Assembly: GCA_963803225.1 (NCBI GenBank)
Contig: CAWDLJ010000004.1
Span: 1,167,706 to 1,231,705 of the forward strand
Length of the DNA stretch: 64,000 nt
Reading direction: 5' to 3'
DNA from: an uncultured beta proteobacterium
GTDB taxonomy: Bacteria; Pseudomonadota; Gammaproteobacteria; Burkholderiales; Burkholderiaceae
A program made the position numbers and the translations under genes. The number at the start of each line of letters is the position of its first letter. The stretch's first letter is position 1. The notes under the pieces were generated by a model. That model was given only the letters and a program-made list of their open reading frames with translations. It was not told where the DNA came from and did not search any database. Below, piece by piece: positions 47,791 to 59,360 of this stretch.

Positions 47791-47924
47791 GGGAAAAGGC
47801 ACTCCGGCAAACGGGGGAGAGTGCCGTGCGCCGTGCCGTCCCGGACTTGTCCGCGTGGGGCGGCGCGAGGCCGCACGGCGTGCCGCGCAGCGCGTGTCGA
47901 AACGCGCTGCGCGGTGCTTCAGGC

Positions 47925-48389
47925 TTACTCGACTTCGGCGATCATCTCGATCTCGACGCACGCGCCGAGCGGAATCTGCGCGACGCCGAACGCCGAGCGC
48001 GCGTGCTTGCCCTTCTCGCCGAACACCTCGGCGATCAGCTCCGATGCGCCGTTGGTGACGACGTGCTGCTCGGTGAACGTGAGCGTCGAATTGACGAGGC
48101 TCATCAGCTTGACGATGCGCTTGACCTTGTTGAGGTCGCCCGTGTGGGTGTGCAGCGTCGCGAGCAGATCGATCGCGATCGAGCGCGCGGCGGCCTGGCC
48201 TTCCGCGGTCGTGAGCGAGTCGCCGAGCTTGCCGGCCCACACCTTGCCGTCCTTCTTGGCGATGTGACCCGAGAGGTACACCGTGTTGCCGCTTTGCGCG
48301 CTCATCACGTAGGCGGCCGCCGGCGCGCCGGCCTGGGGCAGTTCGATGCCGAGTTGTTCGAGGCGGTCGTAGATGTTGTTGTCAGCCAT
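47925..48389 (-). CDS. RidA/YjgF-family protein
   Basis: VYLSGHI, HARSAFGVAQIP. Confidence 0.9.
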   Translation of the reverse strand: MADNNIYDRLEQLGIELPQAGAPAAAYVMSAQSGNTVYLSGHIAKKDGKVWAGKLGDSLTTAEGQAAARSIAIDLLATLHTHTGDLNKVKRIVKLMSLVNSTLTFTEQHVVTNGASELIAEVFGEKGKHARSAFGVAQIPLGACVEIEMIAEVE

Positions 48390-48467
48390 GATCGGAATCC
48401 TTGTGCGAGAGGGGAAACGGGGAAAAGCGCGCGACGGGCCGCGCGCCTTGCGTGCTTGGCTGCGTGC

Positions 48468-49667
48468 TTAACTGCGTGCGCGGATCAGCGCGGCGAGCTT
48501 CGCGACGCCTTCGTCGATCTTCGCGGGCGGCACGGTCACGAACGACAGGCGCAGCGTGTTGTGGCGCGCCTCGTTGGCGAAGAACGGCGCGCCCGGCACG
48601 AACGCGACGTTTTGCGCGACGGCTTCTTCGAGCAGCTTCATCGTGTCGATCGACTCCGGCACCGACACCCAGATGAACATGCCGCCTTCCGGACGATTCC
48701 AGCTCACGCCCTCGGGCATGTGGCGTTCGAGCGAGGCGTGCATGGCCTCGCACTGGTCGCGGTAGAGCGCGCGCACCTTCGGCACGTGCGTGTCGAGAAA
48801 GCCATCTTTCACGACTTCGTGGACGATGCGCTGGGTGAAGCTCGGCGTGTGCAGGTCGGTGGCCTGCTTGGCCTGCACGAGTTTGAAGTGCAGGTCCTCG
48901 GGCGCAATGATGTAGCCCACGCGCAGGCCCGGTGCGAGCACCTTCGAGAACGAGCCGAGATGGACGATGTGTTCGGGCGCCATCGAGAGCAGCGTCGGCA
49001 GCGGGGTGCCCGCGTAGTCGAGCGCGCCGTACGGATCGTCCTCGATGACCGGGAATGGCGCGCGCTTCGCGAACTCGGCGAGCGCCTGGCGGCGTTCGAG
49101 CGGCAGGCGGCGGCCAGTCGGGTTCTGGAAGTTCGGGATCGCGTAGAGCAGACGCGCGCCGGCCGTGAGTTCGGGCGTGAGCGCCTCGGGGATGAGGCCC
49201 TTGTCGTCGGTCGGCATCTGCACGTAGTGCGGCTGATAGAGCGAGAACGACTGCAGCGCGCCGAGGTAGGTCGGCGTTTCGACGAGCACCGGGCTGCCTT
49301 CGCAGACCAGCACCTTGCCGATCAGGTCGAGCGCCTGCTGCGAGCCGGTCGTGATCAGCACCTGCGACGCACGGATCTTCGCGCCGCCCACCGAATGGCG
49401 CTCGGCGACCCATTCGCGCAACGGCAGGTAGCCTTCGGTTGCGCTGTACTGGAGCGCGCCGGCGGGTTCGTCGCGCAGGATGCGGTCGGCGGCCGCGCGC
49501 ATTTCCTCGGCCGGGAAAGTGGCGGGCGAGGGCAGGCCGCCCGCGAACGAGATGACTTCGGGGCGTTCGGTGACCTTGAGGATTTCGCGAATCGCCGAGC
49601 TGGTCAGCTTGCGGGCGCGCTCAGACAGTTGCCAAGCCCGCGGGGCTTGAAGATCGCTTTGGTCCAT
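48468..49667 (-). CDS. PLP-dependent aminotransferase class I/II (LysN/Aro8-like)
   Basis: ISFAGGLP, NFQNPTG, EDDPY, GSFSKVLAPGLRVG. Confidence 0.92.
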   Translation of the reverse strand: MDQSDLQAPRAWQLSERARKLTSSAIREILKVTERPEVISFAGGLPSPATFPAEEMRAAADRILRDEPAGALQYSATEGYLPLREWVAERHSVGGAKIRASQVLITTGSQQALDLIGKVLVCEGSPVLVETPTYLGALQSFSLYQPHYVQMPTDDKGLIPEALTPELTAGARLLYAIPNFQNPTGRRLPLERRQALAEFAKRAPFPVIEDDPYGALDYAGTPLPTLLSMAPEHIVHLGSFSKVLAPGLRVGYIIAPEDLHFKLVQAKQATDLHTPSFTQRIVHEVVKDGFLDTHVPKVRALYRDQCEAMHASLERHMPEGVSWNRPEGGMFIWVSVPESIDTMKLLEEAVAQNVAFVPGAPFFANEARHNTLRLSFVTVPPAKIDEGVAKLAALIRARS

Positions 49668-49766
49668 GAGGTCTCCTGGTCGGTCAGTCTTGCAGTGAAT
49701 CGGATCAATGGGGCAAAAACGGGGACGCTTGCCGCGTCCGGAAACCTTCGATTATGACGCGAATCG

Positions 49767-50675
49767 TCAGGTCGCGCGCGCCGGAACGGGTACGGTGCGC
49801 ACGGTGGCGCGCCGTCCGAGCATGACGGTGGCGATCACGGCGGCCGCGTAGAGCCATGCGGTGGGTGCGACATGCTCGCCGAAGAACAGCGCTGAGAACG
49901 CCATCGTGAAGAAGATTTGCAGCAGCTGGACCTGGCCCACGCGCGCGGTGCCGCCCATTGCGAGGCCCGCGTACCACGCGAAAAAACCGATGAACTGCGA
50001 GAAGAGCGTCACATAGCCGAAGGCGAGCCACGTCTTGAGCGCGACCGGCTCCGGATGCAGCACGTGATGCTGCCACGCGAGCCAGCCGACCGGCAGCACG
50101 AGAACCGGTGCCGACACGACGAGCGCCCAGCAGATCACCTGCCAGCCGCCCAGCTCGCGCGCGAGCCGCGCGCCTTCCGCATAGCCGAGCGCGCCGATGC
50201 CGACCGCGACGAGCATCAGGAAGTCGCCCGCCTGCAGCGAGCCGCCGCCCGCCTGGAACGCGAACGCGACGACCAGTGCGCTGCCGGCGAGCGCGCTCGC
50301 CCAGAACGCCTTCGAGGGCCGCTCGTGCGAGAGCCACGCCGCGTAGATCGCGACCGCGAGCGGCTGCAAACCGTTGACGATGGCGCCGTGCGAGGCGGGC
50401 ACGCTCTTCATGGCCCACGCCGAAAACACCGGAAACGCGACGATCACGCCAAGCGAGACGACCGCGAGGCCCTTGAGCTGGCGCCGGTTCGGCCAGCGCT
50501 CGCGGCGCCACGCGAGCAGCAGCGCGGCCGGCACGGCGGCGGCGAGCGCCCGGCCGAGGCCGTTGAGGAGCGGATGGAATTCGGTGACGACGATGCGCGT
50601 CATCGGCAGCGTGAGGCTGAAAATCATCACGCCGACGAGGCCGAGCAGCATGCCTTGGGTTTCACGTGCTTTCAT
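49767..50675 (-). CDS. EamA/DMT transporter
   Basis: Ten TM segments in two EamA repeats. Confidence 0.9.
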   Translation of the reverse strand: MKARETQGMLLGLVGVMIFSLTLPMTRIVVTEFHPLLNGLGRALAAAVPAALLLAWRRERWPNRRQLKGLAVVSLGVIVAFPVFSAWAMKSVPASHGAIVNGLQPLAVAIYAAWLSHERPSKAFWASALAGSALVVAFAFQAGGGSLQAGDFLMLVAVGIGALGYAEGARLARELGGWQVICWALVVSAPVLVLPVGWLAWQHHVLHPEPVALKTWLAFGYVTLFSQFIGFFAWYAGLAMGGTARVGQVQLLQIFFTMAFSALFFGEHVAPTAWLYAAAVIATVMLGRRATVRTVPVPARAT

Positions 50676-51456
50676 GGGTTTCGGTATCGGGGGACGGAGT
50701 CGCGCTCGCCGCGGCCTTGCGCGACCTGGCAGCGCGCGCGGGGCGGGCGGCGCTCGGTTCGGGCTCGGCGAGGGTCGGCAGCCCGCCGAGCGTGCGCGGG
50801 CCGTCCGGGGTTTCGAATTCGGCGGCGAGCGTGGGCGTGCCGTCGGTGGGTTGCAGGTCGATCAGATGGGCCGCGCCGAGCCACGCGAGTTGTTCGGCGA
50901 GCAAGGCCGCCTGCGGATGCCAGCCCTGGAGCTTCTTCAGCGCGATACCCGTTTCAGGCAGCAGCGCCGCCGGATGGCGCGCCGTGTCCCACTGGATCAG
51001 CGAGGGCAGGACGCCGTCGCCCGCGCCTTGCCAGCAGGGGAAGGCGCCATCGGCGGGTACGGTCAGCGTCCAGCTCAGTTCGCCGCGCGACATTGCCATG
51101 CCAGGCGCGATGCGCGCCGGATACTGTGTCTGCCAGCGCGTGAGGCTGCGCGGACGCTCGACGCGGGCGACCCAGTGCGACAGGTACGGCCCCTTGGCGA
51201 GACGCGCGGCCACGGCTTCGTCATCGAGCGCGAACCAGCGCGGGCGTCCCTCGCCGCGCGCGTCCGGGTCGATTGCGATCACCTCCAGATACACGCCGCC
51301 CCACAGGCCGACGAGCCGGTTGTGCGTGCGCATCAGCGCATGGGCGCCGCCGCCCGAGGGCGTGACGCCGAGCGCGGCGGCGACGTACTCCACGCCTTCT
51401 TCGAGCGTGCGGGCGGAGACGACGAGGTGATCGAGCTGAATCAGGGGTGCGGTCAT
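50662..51456 (-). CDS. VOC/glyoxalase-like protein
   Basis: LDHLVV, GGAH...THNRL, YLEVIAID. Confidence 0.88.
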   Translation of the reverse strand: MTAPLIQLDHLVVSARTLEEGVEYVAAALGVTPSGGGAHALMRTHNRLVGLWGGVYLEVIAIDPDARGEGRPRWFALDDEAVAARLAKGPYLSHWVARVERPRSLTRWQTQYPARIAPGMAMSRGELSWTLTVPADGAFPCWQGAGDGVLPSLIQWDTARHPAALLPETGIALKKLQGWHPQAALLAEQLAWLGAAHLIDLQPTDGTPTLAAEFETPDGPRTLGGLPTLAEPEPSAARPARAARSRKAAASATPSPDTETHEST

Positions 51457-51586
51457 GGAGTTCAATCAAACGGGTGAGCCCACGGCGAGCGTTGGCGCTC
51501 GCCGCGGCGGGGCCGTCAGCATAACGCGCTCGCACGTGCTTGCTTGAGCGACGGCAACCCGAGCGTCAAATGTATCGGGAGGGACC

Positions 51587-51629
51587 AGCACAGTAACGGT
51601 ACAATCGACCCGATAGTGTTCGGTACAGT
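51587..51629. promoter_or_regulatory. Candidate MocR operator repeats
   Basis: CAGCACAGT, CGGTACAAT and CGGTACAGT in the divergent promoter region. Confidence 0.45.
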
Positions 51630-51639
51630 TGGAGCCGCC

Positions 51640-53145
51640 ATGTCGTCCGTCCCGCTCGACCAGATTCCCGCCCCCCATGACGCCGCCTCGCTCACGCTGG
51701 TGGACCAGCTCGTGCAGTGGGGCCGCCGCCGTATCGAGGAACGCGTGTTCCGCCCCGGCATGCGCATGCCGTCCATCCGCAAGCTCGCGCTCGACAAGGG
51801 CGTGTCGCGCTTTACCGTCGTCGAGGCCTATGAGCGGCTGGTCGCGCAGGGTTATCTCGATTCGCGGCGCGGCTCGGGCTTCTATGTGCGCGAGCGTCTC
51901 GCGCTCGTGAGTCCGGGCGAGCGGCGCGCTGCGCCGGCCGGCGCCGCCAACGACGCGCCGGTGGCCGTGGCGCTCGAACGCGCGCCGGCGCCGAGCACGA
52001 TCGACGTCGTCTGGCTGTTGCGCAACATGCTGCACGCCTCGACGCGGCCCGAAAAAGGGCCGGGGCTCGGCTACCTGCCGGGCCGCTGGCTCGACGGCGA
52101 GCTGATCACCGGCGCGCTGCGCTCGCTCGGGCGGCAAAGCGGCGCGCAGCTGCTCGGCTTCGGCTCGCCGCAGGGTTTCCTGCCGCTGCGCCAGCAATTG
52201 CAGACGCGTCTCGAAGAACTCGAAATCGGCGCTTCGCCCGAGCAGATGGTGCTCGTCTCGGGCGTGACCCAGGCCATCGACCTGCTCGCGCGCCTCTACG
52301 TCGAGCCCGGCGACACGGTGGTCGTCGGCGACCCCGCCTGGTTCCAGATGTTCGGCCGCTTCGCGGCGCAAGGCGCGCGGCTCGTCGGCCTGCCGTACAC
52401 GCCCGAGGGGCCCGATCTCGACGCGTTCGAGGCGCTGGTGCAGACGTGGCGCCCGAAGATGCTCGTGATCAACTCGGTGCTGCAGAATCCGACCGGCACC
52501 TCGCTCACGGCCGCCCAGGCGTTCCGCATCCTGCGCCTCGCCGAGCAATACGATTTCATCGTCGTCGAGGACGACATCTACGGCGACCTGTGTCCGGCCG
52601 GCTATCCGGCCACGCGGCTCGCGAGCCTCGACCAGCTGCGCCGCGTGATCTATCTCGGCAGCTTCTCGAAGACGCTCGCCCCGAACCTGCGCGTGGGCTT
52701 CATCGCCGCGCGCCGCGAAGTCGTCGACGCGGTCAGCGACCAGAAAATGCTGGTCGGCATGACGAGTCCCGAACTCAACGAGCGCGTGCTCTATCGCGTG
52801 CTGACCGAGGGCCATTACCGGCGCCATGTCGAGCGCCTGCGCGGGCGGCTCGACGGCGTGCGCGACAAGACTGCGCGGATGCTCGAACGGGTGGGCCTGA
52901 AGCTCTTCATGTCGCCCGGTGCGGGCATGTTCCTGTGGGCCGACACCGGCGTCGATGCCGACGCGCTCACGGCGGCCGGCCACGAGGCCGGCTTCCTGCT
53001 GGCGCCAGGCAGTCTCTTTTCGCCGCACCAGTCGCCGACCACGTGGATGCGCTTCAACGTCGCCAATTGCGGCGACCCGGCGCTCGCCACGTTCCTCGCG
53101 CGCTACCTGGACGGCGTCACGCGCCGGGGCGCGAGCGCCCCTTGA
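51640..53145 (+). CDS. MocR/GabR-family GntR-PLP regulator
   Basis: w[12 protein letters not shown]...[24 protein letters not shown]. Confidence 0.93.
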   Translation: MSSVPLDQIPAPHDAASLTLVDQLVQWGRRRIEERVFRPGMRMPSIRKLALDKGVSRFTVVEAYERLVAQGYLDSRRGSGFYVRERLALVSPGERRAAPAGAANDAPVAVALERAPAPSTIDVVWLLRNMLHASTRPEKGPGLGYLPGRWLDGELITGALRSLGRQSGAQLLGFGSPQGFLPLRQQLQTRLEELEIGASPEQMVLVSGVTQAIDLLARLYVEPGDTVVVGDPAWFQMFGRFAAQGARLVGLPYTPEGPDLDAFEALVQTWRPKMLVINSVLQNPTGTSLTAAQAFRILRLAEQYDFIVVEDDIYGDLCPAGYPATRLASLDQLRRVIYLGSFSKTLAPNLRVGFIAARREVVDAVSDQKMLVGMTSPELNERVLYRVLTEGHYRRHVERLRGRLDGVRDKTARMLERVGLKLFMSPGAGMFLWADTGVDADALTAAGHEAGFLLAPGSLFSPHQSPTTWMRFNVANCGDPALATFLARYLDGVTRRGASAP

Positions 53146-53254
53146 AAGCCGCCGGCCACATCCCCATATGCGCGCCCAGCACGCGCGCGGCATCGACCGG
53201 GCGCGCCCGGACGCGAACACACATCGCTGCAACATTCAGAGAGGAAACCCGACC

Positions 53255-55162
53255 GTGGCACAAGAAACCATGAGCTTCCAGGCAGAAGTGAAACAGCTTC
53301 TGCACCTGATGATCCACTCGCTTTACAGCAACAAGGAAATTTTCCTGCGCGAGCTGATCTCCAACGCGTCGGACGCCGCCGACAAGCTGCGCTTCGAGGC
53401 CATCGCCGACAGCGCGCTCTACGAGAACGATGCGAACCTGCGCATCCGCATCGCCTACGACAAGGCCGCGCGCACCCTCACGATCGACGACAACGGCATC
53501 GGCATGAGCCATGACGAGGCGGTCGCGAACCTCGGCACGATCGCGCGCTCGGGCACCAAGGAGTTCTTCGGCAAGCTCTCGGGCGACCAGCAGAAGGACG
53601 CGGCGCTGATCGGCCAGTTCGGCGTCGGCTTCTATTCGGGCTTCATCGTCGCGGACCGCATCACGGTCGAGAGCCGCCGCGCGGGTCTGCCGGCTGCCGA
53701 GGGCGTGCGCTGGGAAAGCCACGGCGAGGGCGACTTCACCGTCGAGACGATCGAGCGCGCGCCGCGCGGCACGACCATCACGCTGCATCTGCGCGCGGAC
53801 GAGGACGAGCTGCTGTCGTCGTGGAAGCTCAAGCAGATCATCCAGAAGTACTCGGACCACGTGGCGCTCCCCATCCTCATGCAGAGGGAAGAATGGGACG
53901 CGGAAAAGAGCGAGATGGTCGCGCGCGACGAAGACGAGACCGTCAACCAGGCGAGCGCCCTGTGGACGCGCTCGAAGAACGACATCACCGACGAGCAGTA
54001 TCAGCAGTTCTACCAGCACATCGCGCACGATCACGACAATCCGCTCAGCTGGACGCATAACCGCGTCGAAGGCCGCAGCGAATATACGCAGTTGCTGTAC
54101 GTGCCCGCGCATGCGCCGTTCGATCTGTGGAACCGCGATCATCGCGGCGGTCTGAAGCTCTATGTGAAGCGCGTGTTCATCATGGACGAAGCCGAGCAGT
54201 TGCTGCCGGCGTATCTGCGTTTCGTGAAGGGCGTGGTCGATTCGAGCGATCTGCCGCTCAACGTTTCGCGCGAAATCCTGCAGGAAAGCCGCGACGTGCG
54301 CGCGATCCGCGATGGCGTCACGAAGCGCGTGCTGTCGATGCTCGACGACATGGCGAACGCGCAGACCGACGTCGAAGCGAAGGGCGAAGAGAAGGCGAAG
54401 TACACGACCTTCTGGAGCGAGTTCGGCCAGGTGCTCAAGGAAGGCGTCGGCGAGGACCACGCGAACCGCGAGCGCATCGCCAAGCTGCTGCGCTTCGCTT
54501 CGACGCATAACGACAGCAGCGAGCAGACCGTGTCGTTCGCCGACTACGTCGCGCGCATGAAGCCCGAGCAGACCAAGATCTACTACGTCACCGCCGACAC
54601 GTGGCAGGCCGCGAAGAACAGCCCGCACCTCGAAGTGTTCCGCAAGAAGGGCGTCGAAGTGCTGCTGCTCACCGATCGCGTCGACGAGTGGATGCTGTCG
54701 TCGCTGAGCGAATTCGACGGCAAGCCGCTCGCGAGCGTCGCGCGCGGCGACCTCGATCTCGGCGCGCTCAACGATGAAGAAAAGGCGCAGCAGGAGAAGG
54801 TCGGCGAAGACTTCAAGCCGCTCGTCGAGAAGATGAAGGAAGCGCTCAAGGACAAGGCCAAGGACGTGCGTCTCACGTTCCGCCTCACCGATTCGCCGTC
54901 GTGCCTCGTCGCCGACGAAGGCGACATGAGCGGCTATCTGCAGCGCATGCTCAAGGCCGCGGGCCAGCAGGCGCCGATGTTCCATCCGATTCTCGAAGTG
55001 AACCCCGAGCATCCGCTCGTGAAGGCGCTCTCGACCGACAGCGCGGACTTCGCGGACTGGTGCCATCTGCTGTTCGATCAGGCGCTGCTCGCGGAAGGCG
55101 GCGCGCTCGAAGACCCGTCGAGCTTCGTGAAGCGCACCAACGCGCTGCTGCTCGCGCGTTGA
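53255..55162 (+). CDS. htpG: Chaperone HtpG (Hsp90)
   Basis: [34 protein letters not shown]. Confidence 0.97.
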   Translation: MAQETMSFQAEVKQLLHLMIHSLYSNKEIFLRELISNASDAADKLRFEAIADSALYENDANLRIRIAYDKAARTLTIDDNGIGMSHDEAVANLGTIARSGTKEFFGKLSGDQQKDAALIGQFGVGFYSGFIVADRITVESRRAGLPAAEGVRWESHGEGDFTVETIERAPRGTTITLHLRADEDELLSSWKLKQIIQKYSDHVALPILMQREEWDAEKSEMVARDEDETVNQASALWTRSKNDITDEQYQQFYQHIAHDHDNPLSWTHNRVEGRSEYTQLLYVPAHAPFDLWNRDHRGGLKLYVKRVFIMDEAEQLLPAYLRFVKGVVDSSDLPLNVSREILQESRDVRAIRDGVTKRVLSMLDDMANAQTDVEAKGEEKAKYTTFWSEFGQVLKEGVGEDHANRERIAKLLRFASTHNDSSEQTVSFADYVARMKPEQTKIYYVTADTWQAAKNSPHLEVFRKKGVEVLLLTDRVDEWMLSSLSEFDGKPLASVARGDLDLGALNDEEKAQQEKVGEDFKPLVEKMKEALKDKAKDVRLTFRLTDSPSCLVADEGDMSGYLQRMLKAAGQQAPMFHPILEVNPEHPLVKALSTDSADFADWCHLLFDQALLAEGGALEDPSSFVKRTNALLLAR

Positions 55163-55189
55163 GTCGCGCGGTGGACCGCTGAGGTCCTG

Positions 55190-55227
55190 AAACACCCCGC
55201 CTGGCACGCACCGGCGGGGTGTTTTTT
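55190..55227 (+). terminator. Rho-independent terminator after htpG
   Basis: AAACACCCCGCC...GGCGGGGTGTTT followed by T tract. Confidence 0.85.
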
Positions 55228-55313
55228 CGTATGGGTTTTGAGACGGCTATCGCGGGCGTGGCAGTAAGTTGTGCGCTTGCCGATTGTCTGGCGCCACGAG
55301 AGCGCCGCCGCTC

Positions 55314-57122
55314 ATGAACCCGAACTCCCCGAACACCGAACGCCCCACCGATGATCCGTTTCGCGATGTCTGGATGACCTTGCGCGAGCGCGGCGTCGGG
55401 GCCGCGCAAGCCCTTGCCGCGAGGTTCGACGCGCTCGGCGTTACATCGCTGCTCGAAGCGGATCTGCGCGCGAGCGCGGGCACGCTCGACGCTGCGTATC
55501 GCCACGCATGGCAAGCCGCCGATGCGCTCACGCGCGGCGCGCGCTACGTGCGCCTTGCGCTGTTCGCCGATGCGCAGGGCCAGGAGGCAGCAGCGCGCCA
55601 CTATCTCGACGAAGCCGCGCGCCTCTTTCCCGTCGATGAAGCGCTGCAGTGGGCCGGCTGGCTCGCTGACTGCTGCGGCGAGCGCGATGCCGCGTTGCGG
55701 CTGGTCGCCGTATCGACGGTTCGTCACGCGCACGACATGGACGCGCAATGCCGCATCGCGGCGGCGCTCGAACCCGTCGGCGACGCCGGCTCGCGCGCCG
55801 TGCGCCGCGATGCGCTGCTGCGCGCGTGGCAGTTGGCGGGCGACACCGCGAACGCGGCGCCGCTTGCGCTGCAAGTAGTACTCGCGTGCCGTGCCATGGG
55901 CGACTGGAGCACCATCGAACAGATCAGCACCGCGATGCTCGCGCGCGACGCGACGAACGCGGAGTTCGCGTGGCAACTCGCGAATGCCCAGTGGCATCGC
56001 TTCGATGCGGCTGCAGCCGTCGCCACGATGCGCGCGCTCGATCGCGCGGCGCCCGGCAATGCCGACGTGCTGGCGGCGCTGGCGTATTTCGTCGCCGAAG
56101 AGGCGCGCTACGACGAAGCAGCACGACTCGACGAAGCCGCGCTCGCCATCGCGCCACAGCACACGGACGCCGCCGTCGATCTCGCGCAGCTCGAATTGCG
56201 CCGTGGCGCGTGGGAGACCGGCTGGCCGCGCTACGAGGCGCGCCTCGCGCGCCGTGACCGCGAGGCGAACAACGTCGTCACGCTGATGAGCACGGTCGCA
56301 CCGCGCTGGCGCGGCGAGCCGCTCGCGGGACGCACGCTCGTCGTCTACAGCGAGCAGGGTAACGGCGACGACATCCAGATGATGCGCTTCATCGCGCCGC
56401 TCGCAGCACGAGTACGCGACGAAGGCGGCCAACTGGTGCTGGCCTGCCGGCGCGCGCTGCGCGGCCTGTTCTCGCGCCATTACGTCCCGTGCGTGGCCAT
56501 CGAGGACGGTGCGCTGCGCCGCCCCGACTTCTGCTTGCCGATGATGAGCGTGCCGCTGATGCTGAACCTGCAGCCGGTGCAGGTGAGGGGCGTGCCCTAC
56601 CTGCGCGCCGATGAAGCGCGCATCGCCGCATGGCGCCAACTGATCGAAGCGGCGACGCCGCAGCGCGCCGCGCTGCAGGTCGGCCTCGCGTGGCGCGGCA
56701 GTCCCACGCATCGCCGTGACGCGCAACGCTCGATGGGGCTCGACACGCTCGCACCGCTCCTTGCGCTTGCGCACGTCGTATTCCATCCGCTCACGCCGGG
56801 CCAGACCGCGCTGCCTGCGCCGGCCCTGTGCTGCGATCTGACCTCGCACTATCGCGACGACTTCGAGGACGTCGCCGCGCACCTGAGCGCGCTCGATGCG
56901 GTCGTGACGATCGACAGCGCGCCGTTGCACCTGGGCGGCGCGCTCGGCGTGCCGGTGCTGGCGATGCTCGATCGCGTCTCGCACTGGTGCTGGGGCACGG
57001 GTGAAACGCAAGCGTGGTACGACAGCGTGCAGGTGTTCCGGCAGACGCGTGCGGGCGAGTGGGGCGACGTGCTCGCGCGGGTGATCGAACGCCTGAGCGG
57101 CATGGGTCGTCCGCACGCCTGA
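55314..57122 (+). CDS. TPR protein with C-terminal GT9-like glycosyltransferase domain
   Basis: Helical repeats, W-x-G-x-PLAGRTL, EQG-x-GD-x-IQ, GLAW-x-[13 protein letters not shown]. Confidence 0.8.
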   Translation: MNPNSPNTERPTDDPFRDVWMTLRERGVGAAQALAARFDALGVTSLLEADLRASAGTLDAAYRHAWQAADALTRGARYVRLALFADAQGQEAAARHYLDEAARLFPVDEALQWAGWLADCCGERDAALRLVAVSTVRHAHDMDAQCRIAAALEPVGDAGSRAVRRDALLRAWQLAGDTANAAPLALQVVLACRAMGDWSTIEQISTAMLARDATNAEFAWQLANAQWHRFDAAAAVATMRALDRAAPGNADVLAALAYFVAEEARYDEAARLDEAALAIAPQHTDAAVDLAQLELRRGAWETGWPRYEARLARRDREANNVVTLMSTVAPRWRGEPLAGRTLVVYSEQGNGDDIQMMRFIAPLAARVRDEGGQLVLACRRALRGLFSRHYVPCVAIEDGALRRPDFCLPMMSVPLMLNLQPVQVRGVPYLRADEARIAAWRQLIEAATPQRAALQVGLAWRGSPTHRRDAQRSMGLDTLAPLLALAHVVFHPLTPGQTALPAPALCCDLTSHYRDDFEDVAAHLSALDAVVTIDSAPLHLGGALGVPVLAMLDRVSHWCWGTGETQAWYDSVQVFRQTRAGEWGDVLARVIERLSGMGRPHA

Positions 57123-57175
57123 CGGGGTGGCGCGCCGGGCGCGCCGATGCGCAGTGGCGACTTATAATGCGCGCC

Positions 57176-57844
57176 ATGCCTATTCGTTTCGATGCCGCCG
57201 ATGCGCACTGGCGCGCCACGCCGCTGCCCGCTTTCACTCGACACCAGCGCGACTGGCTGACGCGCGGTGGTTCGCTCACCGCGCATCTGCGCACGCTCGG
57301 CGCAGTCGAGGTGCGCATCACGCGCGAGGTGGTCGCGCTGCCATGGTCCGATGAATGCGCGGCGCTGGCACTCGCGCCGCGCGCACCGGTATGGGTGCGC
57401 GAAGTCGTGCTCTCGGTCGATGGCGTGCCTTACGTCGCCGCGCACAGCATCACGCCGCTCGCCGCGAGCCTCGGCATCTGGCAGGCGATGCGGCGCCTGC
57501 GCACCCGTCCGCTCGCGGAACTGCTCTATAGCGACAGCAGCGTCGCGCGCTCGGCGCTCGTGAGCCGGCGCATTGCCGCCCATCATCCGCTGCACGCGCT
57601 CGCCGCGCGCGAGAGCGTCGAGCGCGCGCCTCACACCTTCGTGGCGCGGCGCTCGGTGTTCGAGCGACACGGTGCACCGCTGATGGTCACCGAATGCATG
57701 TTGCCGGCGCTATGGGCGCATCTGGCCGGCGCGATGGCGCCGCGCGGCACGCATCCGGGACGCGAACGCGGAGCGCTGGACCATACGTCGGCGCGCTCGC
57801 AAGGGGGCTCGACGCTCGCGCGCAAGGACAAGGACGCGCGATGA
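57176..57844 (+). CDS. ubiC: Chorismate pyruvate-lyase
   Basis: [28 protein letters not shown]...PLMVTE; usual position after htpG. Confidence 0.85.
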   Translation: MPIRFDAADAHWRATPLPAFTRHQRDWLTRGGSLTAHLRTLGAVEVRITREVVALPWSDECAALALAPRAPVWVREVVLSVDGVPYVAAHSITPLAASLGIWQAMRRLRTRPLAELLYSDSSVARSALVSRRIAAHHPLHALAARESVERAPHTFVARRSVFERHGAPLMVTECMLPALWAHLAGAMAPRGTHPGRERGALDHTSARSQGGSTLARKDKDAR

Positions 57845-57884
57845 GGCACGGGCGCGGACTGTGCTCACCGGCGAGCGTGGCTTG

Positions 57885-58382
57885 ATGCTCAAGCGCTCGT
57901 TCGCCCCGGTGGTGGATCGGCATACGCGGGTGCTGATTCTTGGCAGCCTGCCCGGCGAGATATCGCTCGCGCAGAGCCAGTATTACGCGCATAAGCAGAA
58001 CAAGTTCTGGGCGCTGGTGGGCGAGGTGATCGGGCGCGATCTGGTTGGCATGGACTATCTCAGTCGACTCGATACGTTGCTCGCACATCGCATCGGCCTG
58101 TGGGATGTCGTGGCCGAAGCACGGCGCGTCGGTAGTCTCGATAGCAGTATACGTGAGCATGCGAGCAACGATCTCGTCGCGCTCGTGGACACCTTGCCGA
58201 GTCTGGTTGCCATCGCGTTCAATGGGGGCACTGCCGAGCGGATCGGGACGCGTGCACTCGGTGCGAAGGCCAGTCAATATCGACTCGTTCGTTTGCCTTC
58301 GAGCAGTCCGGCGCACGCGGCAGTTTCTTATAAGGAAAAAATGGCGGACTGGCGTCGACTTCAGCAATACTTGGCGCACTGA
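57885..58382 (+). CDS. UDG-superfamily DNA-deoxyinosine/mismatch glycosylase
   Basis: LILGSLPG-x-SL, YYAH-x-N-x-FW, IGLWDVV, FNG, LPSSSPA. Confidence 0.88.
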   Translation: MLKRSFAPVVDRHTRVLILGSLPGEISLAQSQYYAHKQNKFWALVGEVIGRDLVGMDYLSRLDTLLAHRIGLWDVVAEARRVGSLDSSIREHASNDLVALVDTLPSLVAIAFNGGTAERIGTRALGAKASQYRLVRLPSSSPAHAAVSYKEKMADWRRLQQYLAH

Positions 58383-58507
58383 TTCGATATTGAATTGCTG
58401 GGCAGAATACCGGTTAGCGCGCGTGGAATGACCACCTATTGTCGTTGTATCCGAAGCCGACGAGCAAGGTCGTGCACTGCTGGCTGACTGGCTCGTGCGT
58501 CGGTTTC

Positions 58508-58549
58508 TGGCGATGCAACGCCCGCTCTTCGCCAGGCGTTGCATCGCCA
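58508..58549. other. Perfect 15-bp hairpin downstream of the antitoxin
   Basis: TGGCGATGCAACGCC / GGCGTTGCATCGCCA with a 12-nt loop. Confidence 0.8.
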
Positions 58550-58551
58550 AA

Positions 58552-58851
58552 TCAGACGTGGTCGGGAGCCGGCGCGGCGGTGAGCTTTACGCCAAGTGCA
58601 TGAAGCAGTTTGAACACTGTCTCGAGCTTCGGTTTTGATCCGGGGGCAAGAGTTTTGTAGAGGCTTTCTCTACCCAGCCCGGCGTCAGCCGCAACTTTTG
58701 CTATGCCACGGGCTTTGGCTACATCCGCGATGGCCGCGACTAACAGGTCCGCGTCCCCTTGCTCGAGAGCAGCATTCAGGTATTCAGCAATCATTTCCTC
58801 GCTGTCGAGGTAATCGGTCACGTCAAAGCGTGAGATTTCATACTTATTCAT
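58552..58851 (-). CDS. HTH antitoxin, HI1420-like addiction module antidote
   Basis: FDVTDYLDSEEMIAEYL, VAADAGLGRESLYKTL. Confidence 0.9.
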   Translation of the reverse strand: MNKYEISRFDVTDYLDSEEMIAEYLNAALEQGDADLLVAAIADVAKARGIAKVAADAGLGRESLYKTLAPGSKPKLETVFKLLHALGVKLTAAPAPDHV

Positions 58852-59153
58852 GGCTGCTCCTTGGCAATCTCGGCCCAAAGGGTCGCGGCGCGTTTGATGT
58901 CCACTTTCTGGGTGGACTTGTCGCCACCGCACAGCAATAGATAAACGATCCGGCCTTCTCGAGCAAAATAGACTCGGTAACCGGGACCGAAGTCAATTCT
59001 CATCTCACATACACCGTGGTCCAGCACCTTGTAGTCGCCGAGGTTGCCGAGTTCGGCATTCCGGATGCGAACCAGAATCCGTGCGCGAGCCCTCAGATCC
59101 TTTAGTTCAGCAAGCCACCGGCTGAACTCCGCCGTGCGATTGATCGTGTTCAT
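58848..59153 (-). CDS. RelE-like toxin, HI1419-like addiction module killer
   Basis: GNLGD, EMRIDFGPGYRVYF, LLCGGDKSTQ; ATGA overlap with the antitoxin. Confidence 0.9.
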   Translation of the reverse strand: MNTINRTAEFSRWLAELKDLRARARILVRIRNAELGNLGDYKVLDHGVCEMRIDFGPGYRVYFAREGRIVYLLLCGGDKSTQKVDIKRAATLWAEIAKEQP

Positions 59154-59360
59154 GCATTGATTGTATCCTATTGGATACAGATGACAAGGAGAGATCAGGT
59201 TTTCTTTCTTGTGACTGAGCGTTGCTCCAACATCGCATCGACCTGTGGGATGTCGTGGCTGAAGCGCAGTGCACGAACCACCACCGTCCTTCCCTTGTTG
59301 TGCAATCGAAAGCCCGCATTCCTAGAATGGCCGACGCAGACAACCACAACGATCCCGACC

